Source of the DNA: an uncultured Chloroflexia bacterium
GTDB taxonomy: Bacteria; Chloroflexota; Limnocylindria; Limnocylindrales; CSP1-4
Assembly: GCA_963720755.1 (NCBI GenBank)
Contig: CAVRGP010000013.1
Span: 229,512 to 293,511, forward strand
Reading direction: 5' to 3'
DNA: 64,000 bases
Position 1 is the stretch's first letter. Every line of letters begins with the position of its first letter. The position numbers and the translations under genes are program-made. Positions 52,247 through 60,402 of the stretch are shown here, one piece after another. Below the pieces are notes generated by a model. That model searched no databases and was not told the origin of the DNA. It worked only from the letters and a program-made list of their open reading frames with translations.

Positions 52247-53389
52247 GGCGCAAGCGGCAGCTGTTCGAGCCCGGCCGTCTCCGGCAGGCCGTGGACGAGA
52301 TTGAAGGCCTGGATCGCCTGGCCGGCGGCGCCCTTGACCAGGTTGTCCTCGACGCCGATCGCCAGGATCCGGCCGGTCCGCTCGTCGAGGCTGACGTGGA
52401 TCCGGACGTGGTTGCTGCCGGTCACGTCCTTGGTCGCCGGCGGGTCCGGCACGACCGTCACGAACGGCTCGTCGGCGTAGGCCGAGGCGTACATGGCGTC
52501 GAGTTCCGACTGGGTGATCTTGCGCGTCGGGCGGACGTGGCTGGCCGACAGGATGCCGCGGGTCATCGGGATGAGGTGGGGCAGGAAGTCGACCGCGATG
52601 ACGCCCGGGTTGGCACCGAGGTCGAGGCCCTGGCGCGCGGTGAGCTCGGCGAGTTCCTGCTCGATCTCGGCGACGTGCCGGTGGCCACCGATCCCGTAGG
52701 CCTTGACGCTCTCGTTGACCTCGCCGAAGAGCAGCCCGGTCCTGGCTTCCCGGCCCGCGCCGGAAACGCCGCTCTTGGCGTCGACGACGAGGTCACCGAT
52801 CAGCCCGGCCCGAGCGAGGGGAGCGAGCGCGAGCAGCGTGGCCGTCGGGTAGCAGCCCGGGCGCACCGACGATCGCGATCTCGGCATCGACCAGCGCACT
52901 GAGCTCCGCCCGATGCAGCTCGGGGAGACCGTAGACGGCCTGGTCGAGCAGGTCCGGCCGCGGGTGCTCGAAGCCGTACCAGCGCGGATAGTCGGCGGGG
53001 TCGCGCAGTCGGAAGTCGGGGCCCTGGTCGATGATCGCGGTTCCGTTGGCGATCAGCCCGGGCACCAACTCGGCGGCCGTTCCGTGGGGGAGCGCCATGA
53101 AGACCGCGTCGAGCGACTCCGGTAGTTCGGCGTGGATGTCGAGATCGAGGGTTGCCAGGTGCGGATGGACGTTGCCGACCGGATCGTGGTCGCGCTGGCG
53201 GCCGGTCAGGCCCACCAGATCCACGTTCGGATGTCGGGCCAGGAGCCGGATGAGCTCACCGCCGACGTAGCCGGTCGCACCGATGATCCCGACGCGGATC
53301 CGGCGTGGCCCGCCGGCAGGGTCGAGTCCGCGCAGGGTCCGTGAGGCAGGGGTCGCGGTCGTCGTCGTCACAGCTGGATGACTATACAT
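52243..53389 (-). pseudogene. argC: N-acetyl-gamma-glutamyl-phosphate reductase, reading frame interrupted once
   Basis: N-terminal part (VGIIGATGYVGGEL) is in ORF 52793..53389 up to ..AIVGAPG. The active-site continuation PGCYPTATLLAL..DAKSGVSGAG.. is in ORF 52243..52899. The junction gcgCCCGGGctgc at 52855-52860 looks like one extra base. Start is ATG 53389 or GTG 53371. Confidence 0.85.
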
Positions 53390-53408
53390 CTGAGTGCATA
53401 GTCATGCA
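53375..53408 (-). promoter_or_regulatory. tandem ARG-box-like operator at the argC 5' end
   Basis: Minus strand reads TGCAT-gact-ATGCA ctcaga TGTAT-agtc-ATCCA. These are two 5-4-5 dyads 20 nt apart in a locally AT-richer patch, matching the TGAAT-N4-ATTCA ArgR box architecture with actinobacterial-like TGCAT half-sites. argR is in the same cluster. Confidence 0.5.
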
Positions 53409-53460
53409 ATGGCGTCGGTCGGGTGCGCAGCTCAGGCAGGCCCACGAGGGCGCGAGGTCA

Positions 53461-53520
53461 ACGAAGGCACCCGCCCCATGAAGGCGCCCGCCCCACGAAG
53501 GCGCCCGCCCCACGAAGGCG
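53461..53520. repeat. 17-nt tandem repeat (3.5 copies) abutting the first repeat module
   Basis: acgaaggc(a/g)cccgcccc at 53461, 53478 and 53495, plus a partial copy at 53512-53520, directly followed by module block A. Confidence 0.9.
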
Positions 53521-53818
53521 TGATGCTTGATTTCAGGCACTTTGGACCGTGTGCTTTGCCGTATGCGCGTAGGCAGCATACGGGCGGTGCAGCCCCCCGA
53601 GACCACCCGATCCGCCTCCCCGGGCCGAGCCGCCGCCCCGCCGCCTCGCGCCACCGAGCCGCCGGGCGCCGCCGCGAGCCGAGCCGCCCCGCCCGGGCGT
53701 CTTCGGCCAGGTCGCCCGCCGACGCCCGCCTGGCCGCTCGGCCGCCCTAGCCCCGACGTATGCCGCCTACACGCATACTCGGGGAGAGTGTCGTCGCCCC
53801 CCGTCGAATCAAGCATCA
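53521..53818. mobile_element. 298-bp non-coding element bounded by inverted copies of the bipartite module (MITE/REPIN-like), copy 1
   Basis: Left end 53521-53582: TGATGCTTGATTT-N27-GTATGCGCGTAGGCAGCATAC. Right end 53756-53818 is the inverted copy (..GTATGCCGCCTACACGCATAC-N27-GAATCAAGCATCA). The interior is GC-rich low-complexity with no credible ORF. Confidence 0.6.
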
Positions 53819-53831
53819 GCCCTCGGGCTCG

Positions 53832-54406
53832 CTAGGCCGCCTCGGGCTCGCAGACGAATTGGAACGAACCGGAGGCAAGCTGGTTCGTCGTCAACGAGTG
53901 GTAGGTCCCGTGGCCTGTGATGGTCTGTGCGTCGAAATCGAGCTCGATGACCAGGTCTTTGCCTTGGGGCTCCGCTCGCCGGCCTGACCCAGTAAAGGGT
54001 GCTGTCGCCAGGTCCGCTCACTTCGGACTTCGAACGTGCCGTCCTGCTGGACGGACGCCGAGAAATGACTGTCTTCGACACCGTCGAGCGTCCCCCAGAC
54101 ATTCGCGCTGGTCGGCAAGGTTCCGTCGTCCTTGAAGAGGAAGCACTGTCCGGTCGTCATCGGCAATGTTCGCTTCCACACCTGCGAGCCGATCCGGATG
54201 GTGTTCGGCTCGACCGCGCCCGCCGGCTCCGGCTCCACGTCCCCGGTCTGGCCGCCACCGCCCGAACCACTCGAGCCCTGCGGGTCGTCCGACGATTCGC
54301 CATCGACGAAACCGTCCGGGGCGGTCTCGGTGGCCACTGATTCGGCGCCGCCACAGGCGGTCGTCGCGAGCGCGAGCGTCGCGATCAAGGTGAACAGGAT
54401 TCGCAA
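53832..54406 (-). pseudogene. secreted lipoprotein (hypothetical), C-terminal part in a different frame
   Basis: ORF 53891..54406(-) starts MRILFTLIATLALATTAC (lipobox). The best-coding C-terminal stretch (..KDLVIELDFDAQTITGHGTYHSLTTNQLASGSFQFVCEPEAA, stop 53832-53834) is in another frame. At least one frame change lies between about 53966 and 54020. Confidence 0.45.
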
Positions 54407-54498
54407 TCTGGGCCTCCCTCCCTAGGTCTTGGTTGCCCACCTACCGTATCGAACCGGTGCAAGTCGGGCGCCCAGGGCCGCGGCCGCGGTCGCGGCCC

Positions 54499-54990
54499 TC
54501 AGTCCAGGATGTCGGGCCGCATGTCGGGGCCGGTGGCGACGACCTCGCCTTCGGCCTCGAACGCCTTCTCGCCGGTCGACACGATCGCGAAGCGGTGGTG
54601 GACCACGGTCGCCCCGGCCGAGAGCATCGCGTTGACCGGGCAGTACTTCTTCGCGGACAGCTCGATGCAGCGACGGATCGACGCCTCGGACAGGTCGCGA
54701 CCGGTGACCTGGTGGGTGACGACGATGTCGGTGAAGACCTGGGGGTACTCGTCGCGCTGGCTGCCGGTGACGGTGACCGTGTACTCGTCGATGGTCTGGC
54801 GCTTCTTCTCGGCGATCGAGATGACGTCCATCGCGGTGCAGGCGCCGAGCGCCGACAGGATCGTCTCGACCGGGCTGCCGCCCTGGTCCGACGTGCGATC
54901 GTCGTAGTCGTAGGGATGGCCGGAACTGGGCTCGGCGTGGAGGTGCATCCCCCCGAGGTGGCGGATCTCGACGGACTTGTGGGTGGGCAT
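54499..54990 (-). CDS. OsmC/Ohr family peroxiredoxin-like protein
   Basis: 163 aa. Conserved Cys pair contexts (LGACTAMD, KKYCPV). Confidence 0.85.
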   Translation of the reverse strand: MPTHKSVEIRHLGGMHLHAEPSSGHPYDYDDRTSDQGGSPVETILSALGACTAMDVISIAEKKRQTIDEYTVTVTGSQRDEYPQVFTDIVVTHQVTGRDLSEASIRRCIELSAKKYCPVNAMLSAGATVVHHRFAIVSTGEKAFEAEGEVVATGPDMRPDILD

Positions 54991-54992
54991 CG

Positions 54993-57230
54993 TCAGACTC
55001 CGGCCAGCGCGATCGGGTTGGTTTCGTCGTCATCGGTGGTGGCGGCGTCGTCGTCGGCCGCCGCGTTGCCGTCCGAGCCGGCCCCGCGGGCGCTCTCCTC
55101 GGCCAGGAACTGCTCGCGATAGAGCCGAGCGTACAGCCCGTCCTGGGCGAGCAGCTCGGCGTGGGTGCCCCGTTCCGCGATCCGGCCACGCTCGTAGACC
55201 ATGATCCGGTCGGCGCGCAGGATGGTCGACAGCCGGTGGGCGATGGCGATCGTCGTCCGGCCCTCCATCAGGCTCTCGAACGCTTTCTGGATGAGCCGCT
55301 CCGACACGGTGTCGAGGGCCGAGGTCGCCTCGTCGAGGATGAGGATCCGGGGGTCCTTGAGCAGCACCCGGGCGATGGCCAGGCGTTGCTTCTCGCCGCC
55401 CGACAGCTTGTAGCCGCGCTCTCCGACGAACGTGTCGTAGCCCTCGGGGAGTTCCATGATCCGGTCGTGGATGGACGCGGCCGTGGCGGCGGCGATGAGC
55501 TCCTCGTCGGTCGCCTCGGGCCGGGCGTAGCGCAGGTTGTCGTGGACCGAGGCGTGGAACAGGTACGTCTCCTGGGTCACGGCACCGACGATGTCGCCGA
55601 GCGAGGCGAGCGTGATCTTGCGCACGTCGGTGTCGTCGATCTCGACCGCGCCCGAGTCGACGTCGTACAGCCGCGAGACGAGATAGGTCGTCGACGTCTT
55701 GCCGGCACCCGACGGCCCGACCAGGGCGACGAGCTCGCCGGGCTCGGCCACGAAGTCGATGTGGTCGAGCGCGAAGGGGACCTGGGTCGGGGCGTCGGGG
55801 GCACGGGGTCGGGGCGCCGCCGTCGGTGGTCGGGTCTGCATCCGTCGTCCCGAGATCGTGTCCGCAGTCGTGTCCGCCGCGCCGGTCATGGCGGCCACGT
55901 CGGGCTCGGCGGCCCATTCGGCGTCATCGAATGTGTCCTGGCCGAGGGCATCAGCCTCGCCGGCGGCCACCGCGTCGTGGGCGCGCTGCGAGGGGACCGG
56001 TTCGGTCGGATAGGCGAACGAGACGTCGCGGAAACGGACTCGGCCGCGGGTCGTCGCCGGACGCATCGTGACCGCGTCGGGCGCATCGACGATCTCCGGG
56101 TCCATCTCGAGGTATTCGAAGATCCGGTCGAACAGGGCGAGCGAGCCCTGCAGCTCGACCTGGATGTTGAGCAGCTGGCCGAGCGGGAAGAAGAGTCGAC
56201 TCTGGAGGGTCGTGAAGGCGACGATCGTGCCGGCGGTCGGGGCGTCGGGGCTGCCGTTCGCCGCGAGCGTGCCGGCCAGCCAGTACACGAACGCGGGCAT
56301 GATCGAGAAGATCGTGCCGATGATCATGAAGAACCAGCGCCCGACCATCGCCTGGCGGATCTGGAGCACGGCCAGTCGCTGGTTGAGGGCCCGGAACTTG
56401 ACGATGGCGTTGGCCTGCTGGCCGAACGTCTTCGACAGCAGGATCCCCGACACGCTGAGGGTCTCCTCGGTCGTCGCGCTCAGTTCGGCGAGGGATTGCT
56501 GGGTCTCGGTCGAGACCTCGCGGCGGACCTTGCCGACTCGGTAGGTGAGGTAGAGGAAGAACGGGGTCAGGGCGAGCGACAGGAGCGCGAGCCGCCAGTC
56601 GAGCAGGAACATCGCGATGATCGTGCTGGTCGCGATGGCCAGGTTGCTGGTCAGCGAGCTGGCCGTGTCGGTGACGACGGCCTGGACGCCGCCGACGTCA
56701 TTGGCCAGTCGGCTCTGGATCTCGCCGGTACGCGTTTCGGTGAAGAAGCGCAGCGGCATCGACTGCAGGTGGGCGTACAGCGCGCCGCGCAGGTCCTGCA
56801 TCACGCTCTGGCCGATGACGTTGTTGAGGTAGCTCTGGCCGACCCCGATCAAGCCCGTGATGATCGGCAGGATGATCATCAGGCCGACGTACAGGTTCAG
56901 GTTCGTGTAGTCGCCGCCGATGATGACCTGGTCGAGAAGGACGCCGAGCAGGAGCGGGTTGATCAGGCCGATGAGGCTGGTCGTCAGGATCGCGACGAGG
57001 ACGACGACGACCTGCAGTCGATACGGCTTGAAGAAGATCAGGATGCGGCGGAGGGTCCGGCCACGTCGCTCCTTGGGGACGGGGGTGAAGTCGCGGCTGA
57101 CCCCGCTGCCGAAGGGACCGCCTCGTCCGCCTCCGCCGCCGGTGCCGCCGGTGCCGCCGCCGATGCGCCCGCCGCGGCCACCGACCGCGCCACCGGTCGC
57201 TGTCCGCGTCTGTCCTCGTGGAAACCCCAT
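54993..57230 (-). CDS. ABC exporter, fused transmembrane and ATP-binding domains (MsbA/type I exporter-like)
   Basis: 745 aa. Gly-rich N-tail, 6-TM domain, Walker A GPSGAGKTS, signature LSGGEKQR, Walker B LILDEATSALD. A low-complexity insert of about 75 aa sits between the first NBD strand and Walker A. Confidence 0.9.
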   Translation of the reverse strand: MGFPRGQTRTATGGAVGGRGGRIGGGTGGTGGGGGRGGPFGSGVSRDFTPVPKERRGRTLRRILIFFKPYRLQVVVVLVAILTTSLIGLINPLLLGVLLDQVIIGGDYTNLNLYVGLMIILPIITGLIGVGQSYLNNVIGQSVMQDLRGALYAHLQSMPLRFFTETRTGEIQSRLANDVGGVQAVVTDTASSLTSNLAIATSTIIAMFLLDWRLALLSLALTPFFLYLTYRVGKVRREVSTETQQSLAELSATTEETLSVSGILLSKTFGQQANAIVKFRALNQRLAVLQIRQAMVGRWFFMIIGTIFSIMPAFVYWLAGTLAANGSPDAPTAGTIVAFTTLQSRLFFPLGQLLNIQVELQGSLALFDRIFEYLEMDPEIVDAPDAVTMRPATTRGRVRFRDVSFAYPTEPVPSQRAHDAVAAGEADALGQDTFDDAEWAAEPDVAAMTGAADTTADTISGRRMQTRPPTAAPRPRAPDAPTQVPFALDHIDFVAEPGELVALVGPSGAGKTSTTYLVSRLYDVDSGAVEIDDTDVRKITLASLGDIVGAVTQETYLFHASVHDNLRYARPEATDEELIAAATAASIHDRIMELPEGYDTFVGERGYKLSGGEKQRLAIARVLLKDPRILILDEATSALDTVSERLIQKAFESLMEGRTTIAIAHRLSTILRADRIMVYERGRIAERGTHAELLAQDGLYARLYREQFLAEESARGAGSDGNAAADDDAATTDDDETNPIALAGV

Positions 57231-57374
57231 CCGGCGACGCTACCACGGGTGCCGCGTGGTCGCAGGTGGCGTCGCGGTTTGATGCTTGATTTCAGGCGGT
57301 CGGTGGACATCCTCCTGCGGTATGCGCGTAGGCGGCATCAAGGCGGTGGGGCCGCGTTCGATCGCCCGTCGACC

Positions 57375-57475
57375 GCCAGCCAAGCGCCTGCCAATTGCCA
57401 GCCAAGCGCCTGCCTATTGCCAGCCAAGCGCCTGCCCATTGCCAGCCAAGCGCCTGCCAATTGCCAGCCAAGCGG
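57375..57475. repeat. 22-bp tandem repeat, 4 full copies plus a partial copy
   Basis: GCCAGCCAAGCGCCTGCC(A/T/C)ATT at 57375, 57397, 57419 and 57441, then partial GCCAGCCAAGCGG at 57463. A further GCCAGCCAAGCGA lies at 57496. The array is bracketed by a CGCCCGTCGA(C/T)CGCCAGCC direct repeat (57363 and 57484). Confidence 0.95.
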
Positions 57476-57560
57476 CAGGCGACCGCCCGTCGATCGCCAG
57501 CCAAGCGACAGCTAAGCGCTTGCCAAGCGCTGGTCGATCGGCCACGCGTACGGTGCCGAC

Positions 57561-57965
57561 GTGAACTGGGACAGTCAGCGCCCGCGCGATCCACAGCAGC
57601 AGCACGGGTTCGATCTCATCGGCTGGTCAATCAAGCGCCGACGCCTGGCGAGGCACTGGACGCAACGTCAACTCGAGGTGCAGTGCGGCATCGATCAGAC
57701 CGTCATCAGTCGGCTCGAGAACGGCCGGCAGTACGGCCTCAAGTGGCGCCGATTCGCCGACCTTGTCGATGCACTCGGGGGTCTCGATATGCCGCCCGGG
57801 AGCTTCCCGCCCGCCGGGCTCCCGAAGCCATCTGCGAACCGTGAGTCGGATGCTCCGGCCCGAACCGACGATATCGAGGACTCGGCCGGATCCGATCGGC
57901 TCGCCAACCGGGACTCGTTCGATGATCCCGACTTGTTCGACGATCCGGATCTGTTCGGCGGCTAG
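57561..57965 (+). CDS. XRE-family helix-turn-helix protein with acidic repeat tail
   Basis: 134 aa (GTG start). HTH core WTQRQLEVQCGIDQTVISRLENG. C-terminus ..DSFDDPDLFDDPDLFGG. It lies entirely inside repeat element copy 2, downstream of the 22-bp array. Confidence 0.7.
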   Translation: MNWDSQRPRDPQQQHGFDLIGWSIKRRRLARHWTQRQLEVQCGIDQTVISRLENGRQYGLKWRRFADLVDALGGLDMPPGSFPPAGLPKPSANRESDAPARTDDIEDSAGSDRLANRDSFDDPDLFDDPDLFGG

Positions 57966-58139
57966 GGACTCTCTGCGCCCCGACGCGAAGGCTCATCGCC
58001 CCGGGCCTGATGCCGCCTACGCGCATACCGACCAGTGGGTCCCAAAAGGTGCCTGGAATCAAGCATCAAACGCGCCGCGGGCAAGGCAGCCGCCTCGGCC
58101 CGGCGGCGGGTCGGCCCTCGGCGCCGCGGCCGCGCCGAC

Positions 58140-59171
58140 CTACCAGGCGGTGGCGGTCGCGGCCTCGGTGATGCCCTGGGCTTCGAGCCAGCGCTCGGCG
58201 TCGATGGCGGCCTTGCAGCCGTCGGCTGCGGCGGTGACGGCCTGGCGGTATCGATGGTCGTGGACGTCGCCGGCGATGAACACGCCGTCGACCTTGGAGC
58301 CGGTCTCGTCGTGGACGACGAGGTAGCCCTTCTCGTCGACATCGAGCCAATCGCGGAAGGCCTCGGTGTTCGGCCGATAGCCGATGGCGATGAACACGCC
58401 GCCGACATCGAGTCGGGTCTGGTCGCCGGTCCGGGTATCGGACACGAGTAGCCCCTCGACCTTGTTCTCGCCGACCACCTCGTCGACCGCGGTGTTCGGG
58501 TGGATCTCGATCTTGTCGTGGGCCGTCGCCCGGTCGACCATGATCTTGGAGGCACGGAACGAGTCGCGACGGTGGAGCAGGTGGACCTTCGTGGCGAAGC
58601 GGGTGAGGTAGGTGGCCTCCTCGAAGGCGGTGTCGCCGCCGCCGATGACCGCGATCTCCTGGTCCTTGAAGAAGAAGCCGTCGCAGGTCGCGCAGGCGGA
58701 CACGCCGCGGCCGCGCAACCGGGTCTCGCTGTCGAGGCCGAGCCACAGGGCCGACGCGCCGGTCGCCACGATCACGGCCTGGGCGCGGTACTCGGTGCCG
58801 TGCGCCCAGATCCGGAACGGACGCTCGGAGAAGTCGACCCGATCGATGTCCGAATCGACCATGCGGGCACCGAATCGCTCGGCCTGGGCTCGCATCGCGG
58901 CCATCAGGTCGGGGCCCTGGATGCCGTCGACGAAGCCCGGGTAGTTCTCGACGTCGCTGGTCAGCATCAGCTGGCCGCCCGGAGCGGAACCGGCCAGGAC
59001 GACGGGCTCGAGGTTGGCCCGGGCGGCATAGATCGCCGCGGTCAGGCCGGCCGGACCGGACCCGACGATGACGACCTTGGCATCGACGTGGCCCCCGCCG
59101 CTCAGTGGGGTGGAGGGGCCGGACGATGCCGGTTCGTCGAAGGTGGTGGCGAAACCGCCGAACTCTGTCAT
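58140..59171 (-). CDS. trxB: thioredoxin-disulfide reductase
   Basis: VVIVGSGPAGLTAAIYAARA (FAD), redox-active CATCDG, GGGDTAFEEA (NADPH). Confidence 0.9.
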   Translation of the reverse strand: MTEFGGFATTFDEPASSGPSTPLSGGGHVDAKVVIVGSGPAGLTAAIYAARANLEPVVLAGSAPGGQLMLTSDVENYPGFVDGIQGPDLMAAMRAQAERFGARMVDSDIDRVDFSERPFRIWAHGTEYRAQAVIVATGASALWLGLDSETRLRGRGVSACATCDGFFFKDQEIAVIGGGDTAFEEATYLTRFATKVHLLHRRDSFRASKIMVDRATAHDKIEIHPNTAVDEVVGENKVEGLLVSDTRTGDQTRLDVGGVFIAIGYRPNTEAFRDWLDVDEKGYLVVHDETGSKVDGVFIAGDVHDHRYRQAVTAAADGCKAAIDAERWLEAQGITEAATATAW

Positions 59172-59180
59172 GGCCTCATC

Positions 59181-59212
59181 GTATCACTCTTGCGATACCC
59201 CCTGGGGGTATC
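59181..59212. other. perfect 19-nt palindrome plus an extra GTATC arm between LLM and trxB genes
   Basis: GATACCCCC-T-GGGGGTATC at 59194-59212 (9-bp arms). An additional GTATC at 59181-59185 is inverted relative to GATAC at 59194. Located 10-40 nt upstream of the trxB start and 18 nt downstream of the LLM gene stop. Confidence 0.6.
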
Positions 59213-59229
59213 TGTGGAGGGTCCGGATA

Positions 59230-60144
59230 TCAGGGTAGGGTCCGGAGTTGGGGGATCACGTCGCGACCGAACCGCTCGAGCGCGGCGAGATCGGCGAAGC
59301 CCTTGTACGACACGATGACGTGGTCGGCTCCCGCGTCGGACAGGTCGCCGAAGCGGTCGATGATCTCGTCGGGCGATTCGGCGCTGGTCGCGGCGGCACC
59401 GCCCTCCGCGGGCCCGGCGAAGCGGACCTGCTGCAGGGTCGAGTGCTCGATCTCGGCCGGGTCGCGACCGATCGCGGCGCAATGCTCGGCCAGGATCGCG
59501 TACTTGCGGGCGATGCCCTCGGGGGTGCCGAAGACGTTGGTCGCGTCGCCGTACTGGGCCACGAGGCGCAGGGTCTTCTTCTCGCCACCGCCACCGATCA
59601 TGATCGGGACCCTGGGGCGTGACAGCGACTGCGGGGAGTTGAGGAGCCTGGTCGCCTCGTAGTGGCGGCCGTGGAACTCGCCCTCCGTGCCGTGGTCGCC
59701 GTCCATCATCTGGTGGGCGATCTGGAGCGTCTCCTCGAGCAGTTCGAAGCGCTCGCCGAGCGGCGGGAAGGGGAAGCCGAGGCTGTTCGACTCGTACTCG
59801 TTCCAGGCGGCGCCGATCCCGAGCCAGGCCCGACCGCCCGACAGGACGTCGAGGGTGGTGGCGGCCTTGACCCACAGGCCGGGGTGTCGGTAGTGGACAC
59901 CACCGACCATCAGGCCGAGGCGGGCTCGCTTGGTGTGCGCGGCCAGGAACCCGAGCGTCGTCCAGCCCTCGAGCATCGGTTCCTCGACGGCACCGACGCC
60001 ACGGATCTGGAAGAAGTGATCCATCACCCAGATCGAGTCGAAGCCGACGTCGTCGGCCGTGCGCGCGATCTCGGCAAGGGTCGGGGCGATCGCGGCCGTG
60101 CCACCGGGCCACGTGAACGAGCTGATCTGCAGGCCGATCTTCAT
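59230..60144 (-). CDS. LLM-class (luciferase-like) F420-dependent oxidoreductase
   Basis: 304 aa. MKIGLQISSFTWPGG N-terminus and TIM-barrel LLM profile (FDSIWVMDHFF, GIGAAWNEYE). Confidence 0.85.
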   Translation of the reverse strand: MKIGLQISSFTWPGGTAAIAPTLAEIARTADDVGFDSIWVMDHFFQIRGVGAVEEPMLEGWTTLGFLAAHTKRARLGLMVGGVHYRHPGLWVKAATTLDVLSGGRAWLGIGAAWNEYESNSLGFPFPPLGERFELLEETLQIAHQMMDGDHGTEGEFHGRHYEATRLLNSPQSLSRPRVPIMIGGGGEKKTLRLVAQYGDATNVFGTPEGIARKYAILAEHCAAIGRDPAEIEHSTLQQVRFAGPAEGGAAATSAESPDEIIDRFGDLSDAGADHVIVSYKGFADLAALERFGRDVIPQLRTLP

Positions 60145-60180
60145 TTCGTTGCGTAGCGTACCAAAATAGGCCCGAGGGGC

Positions 60181-60243
60181 CCCGCGGCGGTTTGATGCTC
60201 GATTTCAGGCGTTCAGTGGGACCCCGTTCCCGATATGCGTGTA
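60181..60243 (+). repeat. solo copy of the bipartite module
   Basis: TTTGATGCTCGATTT-N27-ATATGCGTGTAGGCGGCATAT. Located 37 nt upstream of the LLM gene start and reading towards the membrane-protein gene. Confidence 0.7.
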
Positions 60244-60402
60244 GGCGGCATATTTCGCGTCCGAGGGTCTTCGCGGCGGGGCCGGGGGCGGATCCGGAGC
60301 CCGCTTGACGCGGCCACCTCGCGACCCCGACAGTCCGCAGGTGCACGAACCGCCGACCGAACCAGAAACGCCCGGAAACGATGTCCCGCCTCGGGACGTC
60401 GA

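Larger units (their letters stand above)
57278..58070. mobile_element. 793-bp element bounded by inverted bipartite modules and carrying a 22-bp array plus an HTH gene, copy 2
   Basis: Left end 57278-57343: TTTGATGCTTGATTT-N27-GTATGCGCGTAGGCGGCATCAAGG. Right end 58007-58070 is the inverted copy (CTGATGCCGCCTACGCGCATAC-N27-GAATCAAGCATCAAA). Confidence 0.6.

Noticed and set aside
57375-57475. The 22-bp repeat array might be a CRISPR array.
   Set aside because: The repeats are directly abutting with no spacers, there are only 4.5 copies, and no cas genes are present. It is a simple tandem (iteron-like) repeat.
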